From NCBI RefSeq assembly GCF_054482525.1, contig NZ_CM137006.1: a DNA stretch of 64,000 bases; one strand, 5' to 3'. The first letter of the stretch is position 1. Every line of letters begins with the position of its first letter. The position numbers and the translations under genes were made by a program. Below are positions 48,135 to 56,697 of the stretch, one piece after another. The notes under the pieces were generated by a model. It was not told where the DNA came from. It ran no database searches and was given only the letters and a program-made list of their open reading frames with translations.

Positions 48135-48440
48135 ATGATGCCCACTCTGGAAGAGCTTCGTGTTCAGTGCCGGATTGATGATGACAATGAACAGGAGAAT
48201 TCTCTTCTTATGATGTATCTGGCTGCTGCCAGGGAAGAGGCTGAAAAGTTTTTAAACCGGACGCTTTACGATGAAACTGTTTCTGAGCAGGATACGACCG
48301 GGCTTGTAATAACACCTCTGATAAAACTGCGTCTTATGCAACTGGTTGGCTACTGGTACGAGAACAGGGAAATGCAGGATGCAGTGCCTGATTTTTTCTA
48401 TACCGGACTGCGGATGTATCGATTTCATCCCGGAACATAG
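48135..48440 (+). CDS. head-tail connector/adaptor (gp6-like)
   Basis: 101-aa ORF in conserved position; translation typical of phage DNA-packaging adaptor. Confidence 0.6.
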   Translation: MMPTLEELRVQCRIDDDNEQENSLLMMYLAAAREEAEKFLNRTLYDETVSEQDTTGLVITPLIKLRLMQLVGYWYENREMQDAVPDFFYTGLRMYRFHPGT

Positions 48441-48448
48441 GAGGATTC

Positions 48449-48787
48449 ATGCAGGCAGGAAGATTACGTGATCGTGTGGTTATTCTGAATGCCACCACCG
48501 TTCGGTCTCCGTCAGGGCACCCTGTGGAAACAATGACGGAGGGGGCAACCATATGGGCAGAAGTTAAGGGGATCAGTGGCAGGGAGAGAATATCCGGAGG
48601 CGCAGAAACTGCTCAGGCTACAGTGAGGGTCTGGATGAGATTCCGGCGAGATGTAACAGCAACTTCATGTCTGAAAGTGCTGACTGGTGCATTCAAAGGC
48701 GCGATTCTGAGTATAGACGGTCCGCCGATACCGGATGCTCGTGCCACACGGCTTGAGATACTCTGTTCTCAGAAGGGGAATGTGTGA
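48449..48787 (+). CDS. head closure protein (gp7-like)
   Basis: 112-aa ORF, conserved gene order. Confidence 0.5.
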   Translation: MQAGRLRDRVVILNATTVRSPSGHPVETMTEGATIWAEVKGISGRERISGGAETAQATVRVWMRFRRDVTATSCLKVLTGAFKGAILSIDGPPIPDARATRLEILCSQKGNV

Positions 48788-49233
48788 TGGATTTCAGTCT
48801 TGATTTTTCAGGTCTGGCGGATATTGCACGGGATCTGGAGACGCTCAGCAGGGCAGAAAATAATAAGGTACTGCGCGATGCCACCCGTGCCGGTGCTGAA
48901 GTTATGCGGGATGCAGTTGTTGAACGTGCGCCGGAGCGAACCGGGAAACTGAAGAAAAATGTGGTTGTTCTCACTCAGCGTTCAAAGCGTCGCGGGGAAA
49001 TTATCTCGGGTGTCCACATTCGTGGACGGAACCTGCGAACCGGAAACAGTGATAACAGCATGAAAGCCAGTGATCCCCGAAATGCGTTTTACTGGCGCTT
49101 TGTGGAGCTGGGAACGATAAACATGCCCGCGCATCCGTTCATTCGCCCGGCTTTCGATACGACAGAGGAACTGGCAGCACAGATTGCCATACAGCGAATG
49201 AATCAGGCTATTGATGAGGTCTTAAGTAAATGA
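48784..49233 (+). CDS. HK97 gp10-family tail-attachment protein
   Basis: 149-aa ORF overlapping previous stop. Confidence 0.55.
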   Translation: MMDFSLDFSGLADIARDLETLSRAENNKVLRDATRAGAEVMRDAVVERAPERTGKLKKNVVVLTQRSKRRGEIISGVHIRGRNLRTGNSDNSMKASDPRNAFYWRFVELGTINMPAHPFIRPAFDTTEELAAQIAIQRMNQAIDEVLSK

Positions 49234-49574
49234 GAGAGACCACACTGTATTCCCTGCTGTCTCAACTGGCCGGAGGACAGGTTTATCCTTATGTGGTCCC
49301 GCTGACGGAGGGAAAGCCTGCGGTATCTCCGCCATGGCTGGTATTTTCTGTGGTGTCTGACACTGCGTCTGATGTGCTTGATGGTCAGGCTGAATCCAGA
49401 ATTACCGTGCAGATCGATGTCTGGGCAACAGTACCTGATGACGCAGATGATATCCGTGAGCAGGCGCTTGATGCGGTAAGGCAACTTGCACCCTCCGTTA
49501 TTTCTAAAACTCAGGGTTATGATCCTGATTCCCGTCTGAGCAGAGCCACGCTTGAATTTCAGGTAATAGCCTGA
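49230..49574 (+). CDS. tail completion protein (DUF3168-like)
   Basis: 114-aa ORF, conserved position before major tail gene. Confidence 0.5.
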   Translation: MRETTLYSLLSQLAGGQVYPYVVPLTEGKPAVSPPWLVFSVVSDTASDVLDGQAESRITVQIDVWATVPDDADDIREQALDAVRQLAPSVISKTQGYDPDSRLSRATLEFQVIA

Positions 49575-49595
49575 GGTCGTTAATGATTTTACCCA

Positions 49596-49616
49596 CCCGC
49601 CGCTGGCGGGTTTTTT
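49596..49616 (+). terminator. hairpin plus T-run between head-tail joining genes and major tail gene
   Basis: cccgccgctggcggg followed by tttttt. Confidence 0.5.
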
Positions 49617-49633
49617 ATTTTCAGGAGACGAGT

Positions 49634-50338
49634 ATGTCCTCTAATTTTGAGCGTTCGCAACTGACGAAAATTATGATTTCGTCTGCACCGGTAACAGCAG
49701 AAACCCTGGATTCTGCCAGCTATCTTGGCCTGAGCTGTACAATCAAAGAGGTGCAGTTTACCGCAGGACAAAAGCAGGATATTGATGTCACCACGCTGTG
49801 TTCTGTTGAGCAGGAAAATATTAACGGCCTTGGTGCCGCGTCAGAGATTTCCATGTCAGGCAACTTTTACCTCAATGCTGCCCAGAACGCGTTGCGCAGT
49901 GCCTATGACAATGACACCACGTATGGCTTTAAAGTTATTTTTCCGTCAGGCAACGGATTTACCTTTATGGCAGAGGTGCGTCAGCATACCTGGTCTGCAG
50001 GAACTAATGGTGTTGTGGCTGCAACGTTTTCCCTGCGCCTGAAAGGTAAACCTGTGCTGACGACAGAGCCGCTGAAAGTGAAGGTCGATTTAAACAGCAC
50101 GCTGCAGGTTTCTGCCGGAGCGAAACTCGAAATGGTGGTTGAGGCTGCCGGTGGTGTGCCGCCTTATTCTTATGTCTGGAAGAAAGGTAGTTCTCCTGTT
50201 TCCGGACAGACGGCGGCAACATTCAGTAAGGCATCAGCAGCATCAGGTGATGCCGGTGCGTATACCTGCGAGATTTCTGATTCAGCAAGCCCTGTTAACA
50301 AGGTGACCTCCACTTCCTGCACTGTTACCGTCAGTTAA
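49634..50338 (+). CDS. major tail protein with C-terminal Ig-like domain
   Basis: ATG at 49634 behind AGGAGA; ORF-track N-terminal extension from 49583 runs through the terminator and is rejected. Confidence 0.72.
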   Translation: MSSNFERSQLTKIMISSAPVTAETLDSASYLGLSCTIKEVQFTAGQKQDIDVTTLCSVEQENINGLGAASEISMSGNFYLNAAQNALRSAYDNDTTYGFKVIFPSGNGFTFMAEVRQHTWSAGTNGVVAATFSLRLKGKPVLTTEPLKVKVDLNSTLQVSAGAKLEMVVEAAGGVPPYSYVWKKGSSPVSGQTAATFSKASAASGDAGAYTCEISDSASPVNKVTSTSCTVTVS

Positions 50339-50724
50339 TGAGGATAGATGTGATGACTAAAAATATCCGCAATCTGGCACTGGCAACGATGTCGGGGTTT
50401 CGCCATAAAACTGTTGATGTGCCTGAATGGGAAGGGGCAACGGTTGTATTACGGGAACCTTCTGCAGAAGCCTGGTTGCGCTGGCAGGAGATCGTTAAAG
50501 CAAAAGATGATGAGACACCGTTATCCGTTGCGGAGCGCGCCCGCCGAAATCTGGAGGCAGATGTTGAACTGTTCATTGATGTTCTGTGTGATACCGGACT
50601 GCAACCTGTATTTTCAGAGGATGATCGTGAACAGGTGATTGCCGTGTATGGCCCGGTGCATGCGCGGCTTCTTCGGCAGTCTCTGGAACTGATCAGTGAT
50701 GCCGGCGAGGTTAAAAAAAAGTAG
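50338..50724 (+). CDS. tail assembly chaperone (G-like)
   Basis: 128-aa ORF ending with slippery run GTT AAA AAA AAG TAG. Confidence 0.65.
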   Translation: MRIDVMTKNIRNLALATMSGFRHKTVDVPEWEGATVVLREPSAEAWLRWQEIVKAKDDETPLSVAERARRNLEADVELFIDVLCDTGLQPVFSEDDREQVIAVYGPVHARLLRQSLELISDAGEVKKK

Positions 50725-51026
50725 AGCTTCCGGGGATGCGTTTTCTGATGATGCTGGCGCTCAGGATGGGGCGCACATTGTCAGAGTTACGCCGGGAAAT
50801 GTCCGCATCAGAAATCATGATGTGGGCAGAATTTGACAGGTTCAGCCCGCTGGGTGACGAGCGGGCTGATATCCGGGCTGCCCAGATAGTTTCTGCGGTT
50901 TACGGTGCGCAGGGTGTCAAAGTCCCACTGAATGATGCGCTTCTTCAGTGGGAACAAGAGCAGACAGAAGGCGTCTCAGATCCATTTGCCGGACTGGAAA
51001 ACGCGCTTTTAATAGTGTCTCAGTGA
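50715..51026 (+). CDS. GT-like frameshift extension (T segment) reached by -1 frameshift at A AAA AAG
   Basis: Heptamer A_AAA_AAG at 50715-50721 in G frame; -1 frame continues KKVELPGMRFLMM... to 51026. Confidence 0.6.
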   Translation, partial: KKVELPGMRFLMMLALRMGRTLSELRREMSASEIMMWAEFDRFSPLGDERADIRAAQIVSAVYGAQGVKVPLNDALLQWEQEQTEGVSDPFAGLENALLIVSQ

Positions 51027-51034
51027 GTCAACAT

Positions 51035-51056
51035 AACCGCTTCGGCGGTTTTTTTC
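51035..51056 (+). terminator. hairpin plus T-run after G/GT
   Basis: aaccgcttcggcggtt followed by ttttt. Confidence 0.45.
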
Positions 51057-51065
51057 GTCCGGAGA

Positions 51066-54000
51066 ATGAGTGTGGCGACATTACGTGAACTGATTATTAA
51101 AATCTCGGCAAATTCCCGGTCATTCCAGTCAGAGATCTCCCGGGCTTCGCGTATGGGGCAGGATTACTACCGTACCATGCAGAACGGAGGCCGGCAGTCC
51201 GCTGCTGCATCCCGTGAAATGCGGCGTGCACTGGCAGAAGTGACGGATCAGATAAATACAGCTAAATCTTCGGCACTGAATATGGCGGGGGCATTTGCCG
51301 GAGCTTTTGCTACCGGTCATCTTATTTCTCTCGCCGATGAGTGGAATTCAGTAAATGCCCGTCTGAAGCAGGCTTCACAGTCCAGTGATGATTTTCAGGT
51401 ATCACAACGTGAATTAATGGCAATCAGCCAGAGAACGGGAACGGCGTTTTCTGATAACGCCAGCCTTTTTGCCCGCTCTGCAGCTTCCATGCGGGAGTAT
51501 GGCTACAGTTCTGAGGAGGTACTGAAAGTCACCGAGGCGATCTCCACGGGCCTGAAATTATCCGGTGCCAGTACAGCAGAAGCCAGTTCGGTGATCACGC
51601 AGTTCAGTCAGGCACTGGCGCAGGGAGTGCTGCGCGGTGAAGAATTTAACGCTGTGAATGAGAACGGCGATCGTGTTATTCGTGCGCTGGCTGCGGGAAT
51701 GGGTGTTGCCCGTAAGGATCTGAAGGCCATGGCGGATAACGGAAAACTGACCGCCGATAAGGTTGTTCCTGCACTGATTAGTCAGCTTGGGGCGTTGCGT
51801 GATGAATATGCAGCAATGCCTGATACTGTTTCATCCTCTGCAACCAAAGTTGAAAACGCCTTTATGGCCTGGGTTGGTGGTGCGAACGAGGCAAGCGGAG
51901 TGACAAAGACACTCACCGGGGTGTTGAATGGTGTTGCAGACAATATTGATACCGTGGCTGCTGCAGCTGGCGCACTGGTTGCCGTCGGGGTAGCCCGATA
52001 TTTTGGCAATATGGCGTCGTCTGCTGGATCTGCAACTGCCGGATTAATTACTGCATCCAGAAACGAAGTGGCTCTTGCTGAAGCGCAACTTCGGGGGACA
52101 CAGATAGCAACCGCCAGGGCGCGTGCGGCGGTTTATCGTGCGCAACAGGCGGTTGTTGCTGCTCGCGGTACCGAAAGGCAGGCCGCAGCAGAAGCGAAGC
52201 TGACAGCTGCCCAGGCGTCACTTACCCGTAATATTGCGGCCAGAACAGCGGCACAGACAACGCTGAATACTGTCACGTCAGTGGGGAGTCGTCTGTTAAG
52301 TGGTGCGCTGGGGTTGGTTGGTGGTGTGCCGGGACTCGTCATGCTGGGGGCGACGGCCTGGTACACGATGTATCAGAATCAGGAGCAGGCCAGAGAATCT
52401 GCACGCCAGTATGCCGCAACAATCGACGAAATTCGCCAGAAAACGTCGGCAATGTCGCTTCCTGAAGCGTCAGATAATGAGGAAAAGACGCGGCAGGCAC
52501 TTGATGAGCAAAACAGGTTAATTGACGAGCAGAAAAGTAAGATTAAATCCTTACAGGAAAAAATTGCTGGCTATCAGTATGTGCTGGCAAACCCGGGCTG
52601 GACAACCGATAACGGTTTTATGATTAACCACATGACGTCGGTAAAAACTGTCACAGAAGGGCTTGCAGAAGCAACAAATCAACTGGCAGTTGAACAGTCC
52701 CGTCTCACACAAATGCAGGGCAAAGCGCAATCCATTCAGGATGTGCTTGCCGGGCTGGAGGAGCGACGGGTGGCGTTGATCCGTCAACAGGCCGCGGAAC
52801 AAAACAAAGCGTATCAGTCCCTGTTGATCATGAATGGGCAGCATACCGAGTTTAATCGCCTTCTCGGGCTCGGTAATGAATTACTTCAGCAGCGACAGGG
52901 GCTGGTGAATGTACCGTTACGGCTACCACAGGCAACCCTGGATGATAAACAGCAGACCGCACTGAATAACAGCGAGCGCGAACTGGCTCTGTCCCGCCTG
53001 AAGGGGGAAGCCCGTGAGCGTGCCCGCCTGGGTTATGCTGCGGATGATCTCGGCTTTGTGGGAGAGGCGTATCAGACAGCCAGACAGAATTATATCAATA
53101 CCTCACTGGATGCCTGGCGAAATAACCAGGTAAATAAACCCAAAGCGCATAAAAAGACCGAAGCGGAAAAAACAGAAGATATTTATAAACGGCTGATTAA
53201 ACAGCAAAAAGAACAAATAGCACTGGCAGGGCAGAATACTGAACTGGCTAAGATGAAATATCAGGTCAGTCAGGGCGAATTATCAACCCTGTCAGAAGCG
53301 CAGAAAAAAACGCTTTTGCAGAATGCAGCACTTATCGACCAGAAAAAGATTCGTGAGCAGCTTGCTGCGTATGAGAGCAGTCTGGCGGACAGTAATGCCA
53401 GTGCCCGGGCATCTGACGAAGCGCAGTTGTTGGGATATGGTGAAGGCTCACGGATGCGTGAACGACTCCAGGAAATGTGGAGTATCCGGCAGGCGTTTGA
53501 GCAGAAAAATAACGAGCTACTGAGACAGTATCAGGCCGGAGAAATTGAAGAAGCCCTGTGGAAACAGGAAAAATCGCTGAATGAAAAATATCTGGAAGAG
53601 CGTCTCAGCGATCAGCAGGATTATTATGCAAAGGCTGATGCTTTACGCAGTGACTGGAATGCCGGCCTCCAGGAGGGACTGACGAACTGGGCAGACAGTG
53701 CCACCGATTATGCTTCGCAGGCGGCAGATGCTGTCGTTTCCACTATGGACGGGCTGGTATCAAATATTTCCGATGCACTGGCCGGAAATGTTGTGGACTG
53801 GCGAAACTGGGGGAGTTCAATTCTCCAGGAAGTTTCAAAAATTCTGATGAACGCTGCCATCGTTAACGGGCTGAAGTCACTTTCCAAAAGCATGTCCGGT
53901 GCCGGAGGATGGCTTGGTACGGTCGGCGACTGGCTTTCCGGTGCAGTGGCAAACGCAAAAGGTGGTGTTTATACATCTGCAAATCTGAGTGCTTACAGTA

Positions 54001-54311
54001 ACACCATTGTGGATACCCCGACGTATTTTGCTTTTGCGAAAGGTGCCGGGCTGATGGGCGAGGCCGGGCCTGAAGCTATCATGCCACTGACCCGGGCAGC
54101 GGACGGCTCTCTTGGAGTCAGAGCCATTGGCAATGTGAATGGTGGCGGGGGATTTGTTTATTCTCCCGTGTATCACATCAGTATTCAGAATAAAGGGAGC
54201 AATGGCGAGATAGATACGCAGTCAGCCAGGGGGCTGGTGGATCTGATCGACAGCAGGGTTGTGTCAATTATGCAGTCATCACGTCGGGACGGAGGATTAT
54301 ACAGTGCCTGA
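51066..54311 (+). CDS. tail tape measure protein
   Basis: 1081-aa ORF, Ala/Gln-rich coiled-coil, conserved position after G/GT. Confidence 0.9.
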   Translation: MSVATLRELIIKISANSRSFQSEISRASRMGQDYYRTMQNGGRQSAAASREMRRALAEVTDQINTAKSSALNMAGAFAGAFATGHLISLADEWNSVNARLKQASQSSDDFQVSQRELMAISQRTGTAFSDNASLFARSAASMREYGYSSEEVLKVTEAISTGLKLSGASTAEASSVITQFSQALAQGVLRGEEFNAVNENGDRVIRALAAGMGVARKDLKAMADNGKLTADKVVPALISQLGALRDEYAAMPDTVSSSATKVENAFMAWVGGANEASGVTKTLTGVLNGVADNIDTVAAAAGALVAVGVARYFGNMASSAGSATAGLITASRNEVALAEAQLRGTQIATARARAAVYRAQQAVVAARGTERQAAAEAKLTAAQASLTRNIAARTAAQTTLNTVTSVGSRLLSGALGLVGGVPGLVMLGATAWYTMYQNQEQARESARQYAATIDEIRQKTSAMSLPEASDNEEKTRQALDEQNRLIDEQKSKIKSLQEKIAGYQYVLANPGWTTDNGFMINHMTSVKTVTEGLAEATNQLAVEQSRLTQMQGKAQSIQDVLAGLEERRVALIRQQAAEQNKAYQSLLIMNGQHTEFNRLLGLGNELLQQRQGLVNVPLRLPQATLDDKQQTALNNSERELALSRLKGEARERARLGYAADDLGFVGEAYQTARQNYINTSLDAWRNNQVNKPKAHKKTEAEKTEDIYKRLIKQQKEQIALAGQNTELAKMKYQVSQGELSTLSEAQKKTLLQNAALIDQKKIREQLAAYESSLADSNASARASDEAQLLGYGEGSRMRERLQEMWSIRQAFEQKNNELLRQYQAGEIEEALWKQEKSLNEKYLEERLSDQQDYYAKADALRSDWNAGLQEGLTNWADSATDYASQAADAVVSTMDGLVSNISDALAGNVVDWRNWGSSILQEVSKILMNAAIVNGLKSLSKSMSGAGGWLGTVGDWLSGAVANAKGGVYTSANLSAYSNTIVDTPTYFAFAKGAGLMGEAGPEAIMPLTRAADGSLGVRAIGNVNGGGGFVYSPVYHISIQNKGSNGEIDTQSARGLVDLIDSRVVSIMQSSRRDGGLYSA

Positions 54312-54645
54312 GCCTGAAGTTTTTAACTGGATCCCCCGCGAGGGGATGGAGACGACACGAAAGCCATCTGTTATTACGGTAAAGTTCGGTGACGGATATG
54401 AACAGCGGCGGGCTGGTGGTCTGAATGCGGATCTGAAAACGTTTAAACCGGTGTTTCGTGTCACAGATGAATATTCCCGTGCTGCGCTGGACAGTTTTTT
54501 ATCCCGTCATGCCGGGATACGTGCTTTTTTGTGGCGTCCGCCAAAACACAACAGAACCGTCCGGGTTGTCTGCAGGGAGTGGAGTATTTCGGATAATGCC
54601 ATGTATACCGATTTTAACTGTACCTTTGAAGAGGTCACTCACTGA
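54259..54645 (+). CDS. M: minor tail protein M (true start probably GTG near 54304)
   Basis: Translation VKFGDGYEQRRAGGLNADLKTF...FLWRPP resembles lambda gpM as recalled. Confidence 0.8.
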   Translation: MCQLCSHHVGTEDYTVPEPEVFNWIPREGMETTRKPSVITVKFGDGYEQRRAGGLNADLKTFKPVFRVTDEYSRAALDSFLSRHAGIRAFLWRPPKHNRTVRVVCREWSISDNAMYTDFNCTFEEVTH

Positions 54646-55343
54646 TGCAGGATATACAGCAGGAAACACTGAATGAGTGTACAAAAGCGGAGCAATCCGC
54701 GCTGGTCGTGCTCTGGGAAGTCGATCTGACAGAAGTCGGCGGAGAGCGTTATTTTTTCTGTAATGAGCAGAACGAAAAAGGTGAGTCAGTCACCTGGCAG
54801 GGGCGACAGTATCAGGCGTACCCTATTCAGGGAAGCGGCTTTGAGATGAACGGCAAAGGAGCCAGTGCAAGACCAACGCTGAAAGTCTCTAACCTGCACG
54901 GCATGGTCACCGGGATGGCGGAAGACCTGCAAAGTCTGGTCGGCGGAACGGTGGTCAGGCGTAAGGTTTACGCCCGTTTTCTGGATGCGGTGAACTTCGT
55001 CAACGGAAACAGTGACGCCGATCCGGAGCAGGAGGTGATCAGCCGCTGGCGCATCGAGCAGTGCAGCGAACTGAGCGCGGTCAGTGCCTCCTTTGTGTTG
55101 TCCACACCGACGGAAACGGATGGTGCCGTTTTTCCGGGGCGCACCATGCTGGCCAACACCTGCACCTGGACCTATCGCGGTGATGAGTGCGGTTATAATG
55201 GTCCGGCTGTCGCGGATGAATATGACCAGCCGACGTCCGATATCACGAAGGATAAATGTAGCAAATGCCTGAGTGGCTGTAAGTTTCGCAATAACGTCGG
55301 CAACTTTGGCGGCTTCCTTTCCATTAACAAACTTTCGCAGTAA
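54645..55343 (+). CDS. L: minor tail protein L
   Basis: 232-aa ORF with C-terminal Cys cluster (CTWTYRGDECGY...CSKCLSGC) as in lambda gpL. Confidence 0.85.
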   Translation: MQDIQQETLNECTKAEQSALVVLWEVDLTEVGGERYFFCNEQNEKGESVTWQGRQYQAYPIQGSGFEMNGKGASARPTLKVSNLHGMVTGMAEDLQSLVGGTVVRRKVYARFLDAVNFVNGNSDADPEQEVISRWRIEQCSELSAVSASFVLSTPTETDGAVFPGRTMLANTCTWTYRGDECGYNGPAVADEYDQPTSDITKDKCSKCLSGCKFRNNVGNFGGFLSINKLSQ

Positions 55344-55348
55344 ATCCC

Positions 55349-56092
55349 ATGACAGAGACAGAATCAGCGATTCTGGCGCACGCCCGGCGATGTGCGCCAG
55401 CGGAGTCGTGCGGCTTCGTGGTGAGAACGCCGGAGGGGGAAAGATATTTTCCCTGCGTGAATATCTCCGGTGAGCCGGAGGAGTATTTCCGGATGTCGCC
55501 GGAGGACTGGCTGCAGGCAGAGATGCAGGGTGAGATTGTGGCGCTGGTCCACAGCCATCCCGGTGGTCTGTCCTGGCTGAGTGAAGCCGACCGGCGGCTG
55601 CAGGTGCAGAGTGATTTACCGTGGTGGCTGGTCTGCCGCGGGGAGATTCATAAATTCCGCTGTGTGCCGTATCTCACCGGGCGGCGCTTTGAGCACGGGG
55701 TGACGGACTGTTACACGCTGTTCCGGGACGCTTACCATCTGGCGGGGATTGAGATGCCGGATTTTCACCGCGAGGATGACTGGTGGCGTAACGGCCAGAA
55801 TCTCTATCTGGATAATCTGGAGGCCACAGGGCTGTATCAGGTGCCGTTGTCATCGGCCCAGCCGGGCGATGTGCTGCTGTGCTGTTTTGGTTCATCGGTG
55901 CCGAATCATGCCGCCATTTACTGCGGCGACGGCGAGCTGTTGCACCATATTCCTGAACAACTGAGCAAACGAGAGAGGTATACCGACAAATGGCAGCGAC
56001 GCACACACTCCCTCTGGCGTCACCAGGCATGGCACGCATCTGCCTTTACGGGGATTTGCAACGATTTGGCCGCCGCATCGACCTTCGTGTGA
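55349..56092 (+). CDS. K: tail assembly protein K (JAB/MPN plus NlpC/P60 domains)
   Basis: HSHPGG JAMM-like motif and downstream Cys/His peptidase-like region. Confidence 0.8.
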   Translation: MTETESAILAHARRCAPAESCGFVVRTPEGERYFPCVNISGEPEEYFRMSPEDWLQAEMQGEIVALVHSHPGGLSWLSEADRRLQVQSDLPWWLVCRGEIHKFRCVPYLTGRRFEHGVTDCYTLFRDAYHLAGIEMPDFHREDDWWRNGQNLYLDNLEATGLYQVPLSSAQPGDVLLCCFGSSVPNHAAIYCGDGELLHHIPEQLSKRERYTDKWQRRTHSLWRHQAWHASAFTGICNDLAAASTFV

Positions 56093-56637
56093 AAACGGGG
56101 GCTGAAGCCATCCGGGCGCTGTCCACACAGGTCCCGGCGTTTCGTCAGAAACTGAATGACGGCTGGTATCAGGTGCGCATTGCCGGGCGTGATGCAGGTG
56201 AAACCGAATTATCTGCCCGTCTTAATGAGCCGCTGGCAAATGGTGCAGTGATCCACATCGTGCCGCGTCTGGCGGGAGCCAAAAGTGGCGGTGTTTTTCA
56301 GGCGGTGCTGGGTGCGGCGCTGATTGCGGTGGCGTGGTGGAACCCCGCAGGCTGGCTGGGTGCCGCGGCTTTATCGGGCATGTATGCGGCTGGGGCCAGT
56401 ATGATCCTGGGTGGTGTGGCGCAGATGCTGGCACCGAAAGCCCGGACGCCCACGGCAGCCAGTACAGATAACGGCAAACAGAACACGTATTTCTCGTCAC
56501 TGGATAACATGGTTGCCCAGGGCAATGTTCTGCCCGTTCTGTACGGTGAAATGCGTGTGGGGTCGCGAGTGGTATCTCAGGAGATCAGCACGGCAGATGA
56601 AGGTGATGGTGGTCAGGTTGTGGTGATTGGTCGCTGA
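55990..56637 (+). CDS. I: tail assembly protein I
   Basis: 215-aa ORF overlapping the end of K; hydrophobic Gly/Ala-rich C-terminal half as in lambda gpI. Confidence 0.7.
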   Translation: MAATHTLPLASPGMARICLYGDLQRFGRRIDLRVKTGAEAIRALSTQVPAFRQKLNDGWYQVRIAGRDAGETELSARLNEPLANGAVIHIVPRLAGAKSGGVFQAVLGAALIAVAWWNPAGWLGAAALSGMYAAGASMILGGVAQMLAPKARTPTAASTDNGKQNTYFSSLDNMVAQGNVLPVLYGEMRVGSRVVSQEISTADEGDGGQVVVIGR

Positions 56638-56656
56638 TGCAAAATGTTTTATGTGA

Positions 56657-56680
56657 AACCGCCTGCGGGCGGTTTTGTCG
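56657..56680 (+). terminator. hairpin upstream of J (aaccgcctgcgggcggtt)
   Basis: GC stem followed by ttgtcgttt. Confidence 0.4.
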
Positions 56681-56697
56681 TTTATGGAGCGTGAAGA

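Noticed and set aside
49583..49633. N-terminal extension of the major tail protein ORF
   Set aside because: The extension reads through an intrinsic terminator hairpin; the real start is the ATG at 49634 behind AGGAGA.
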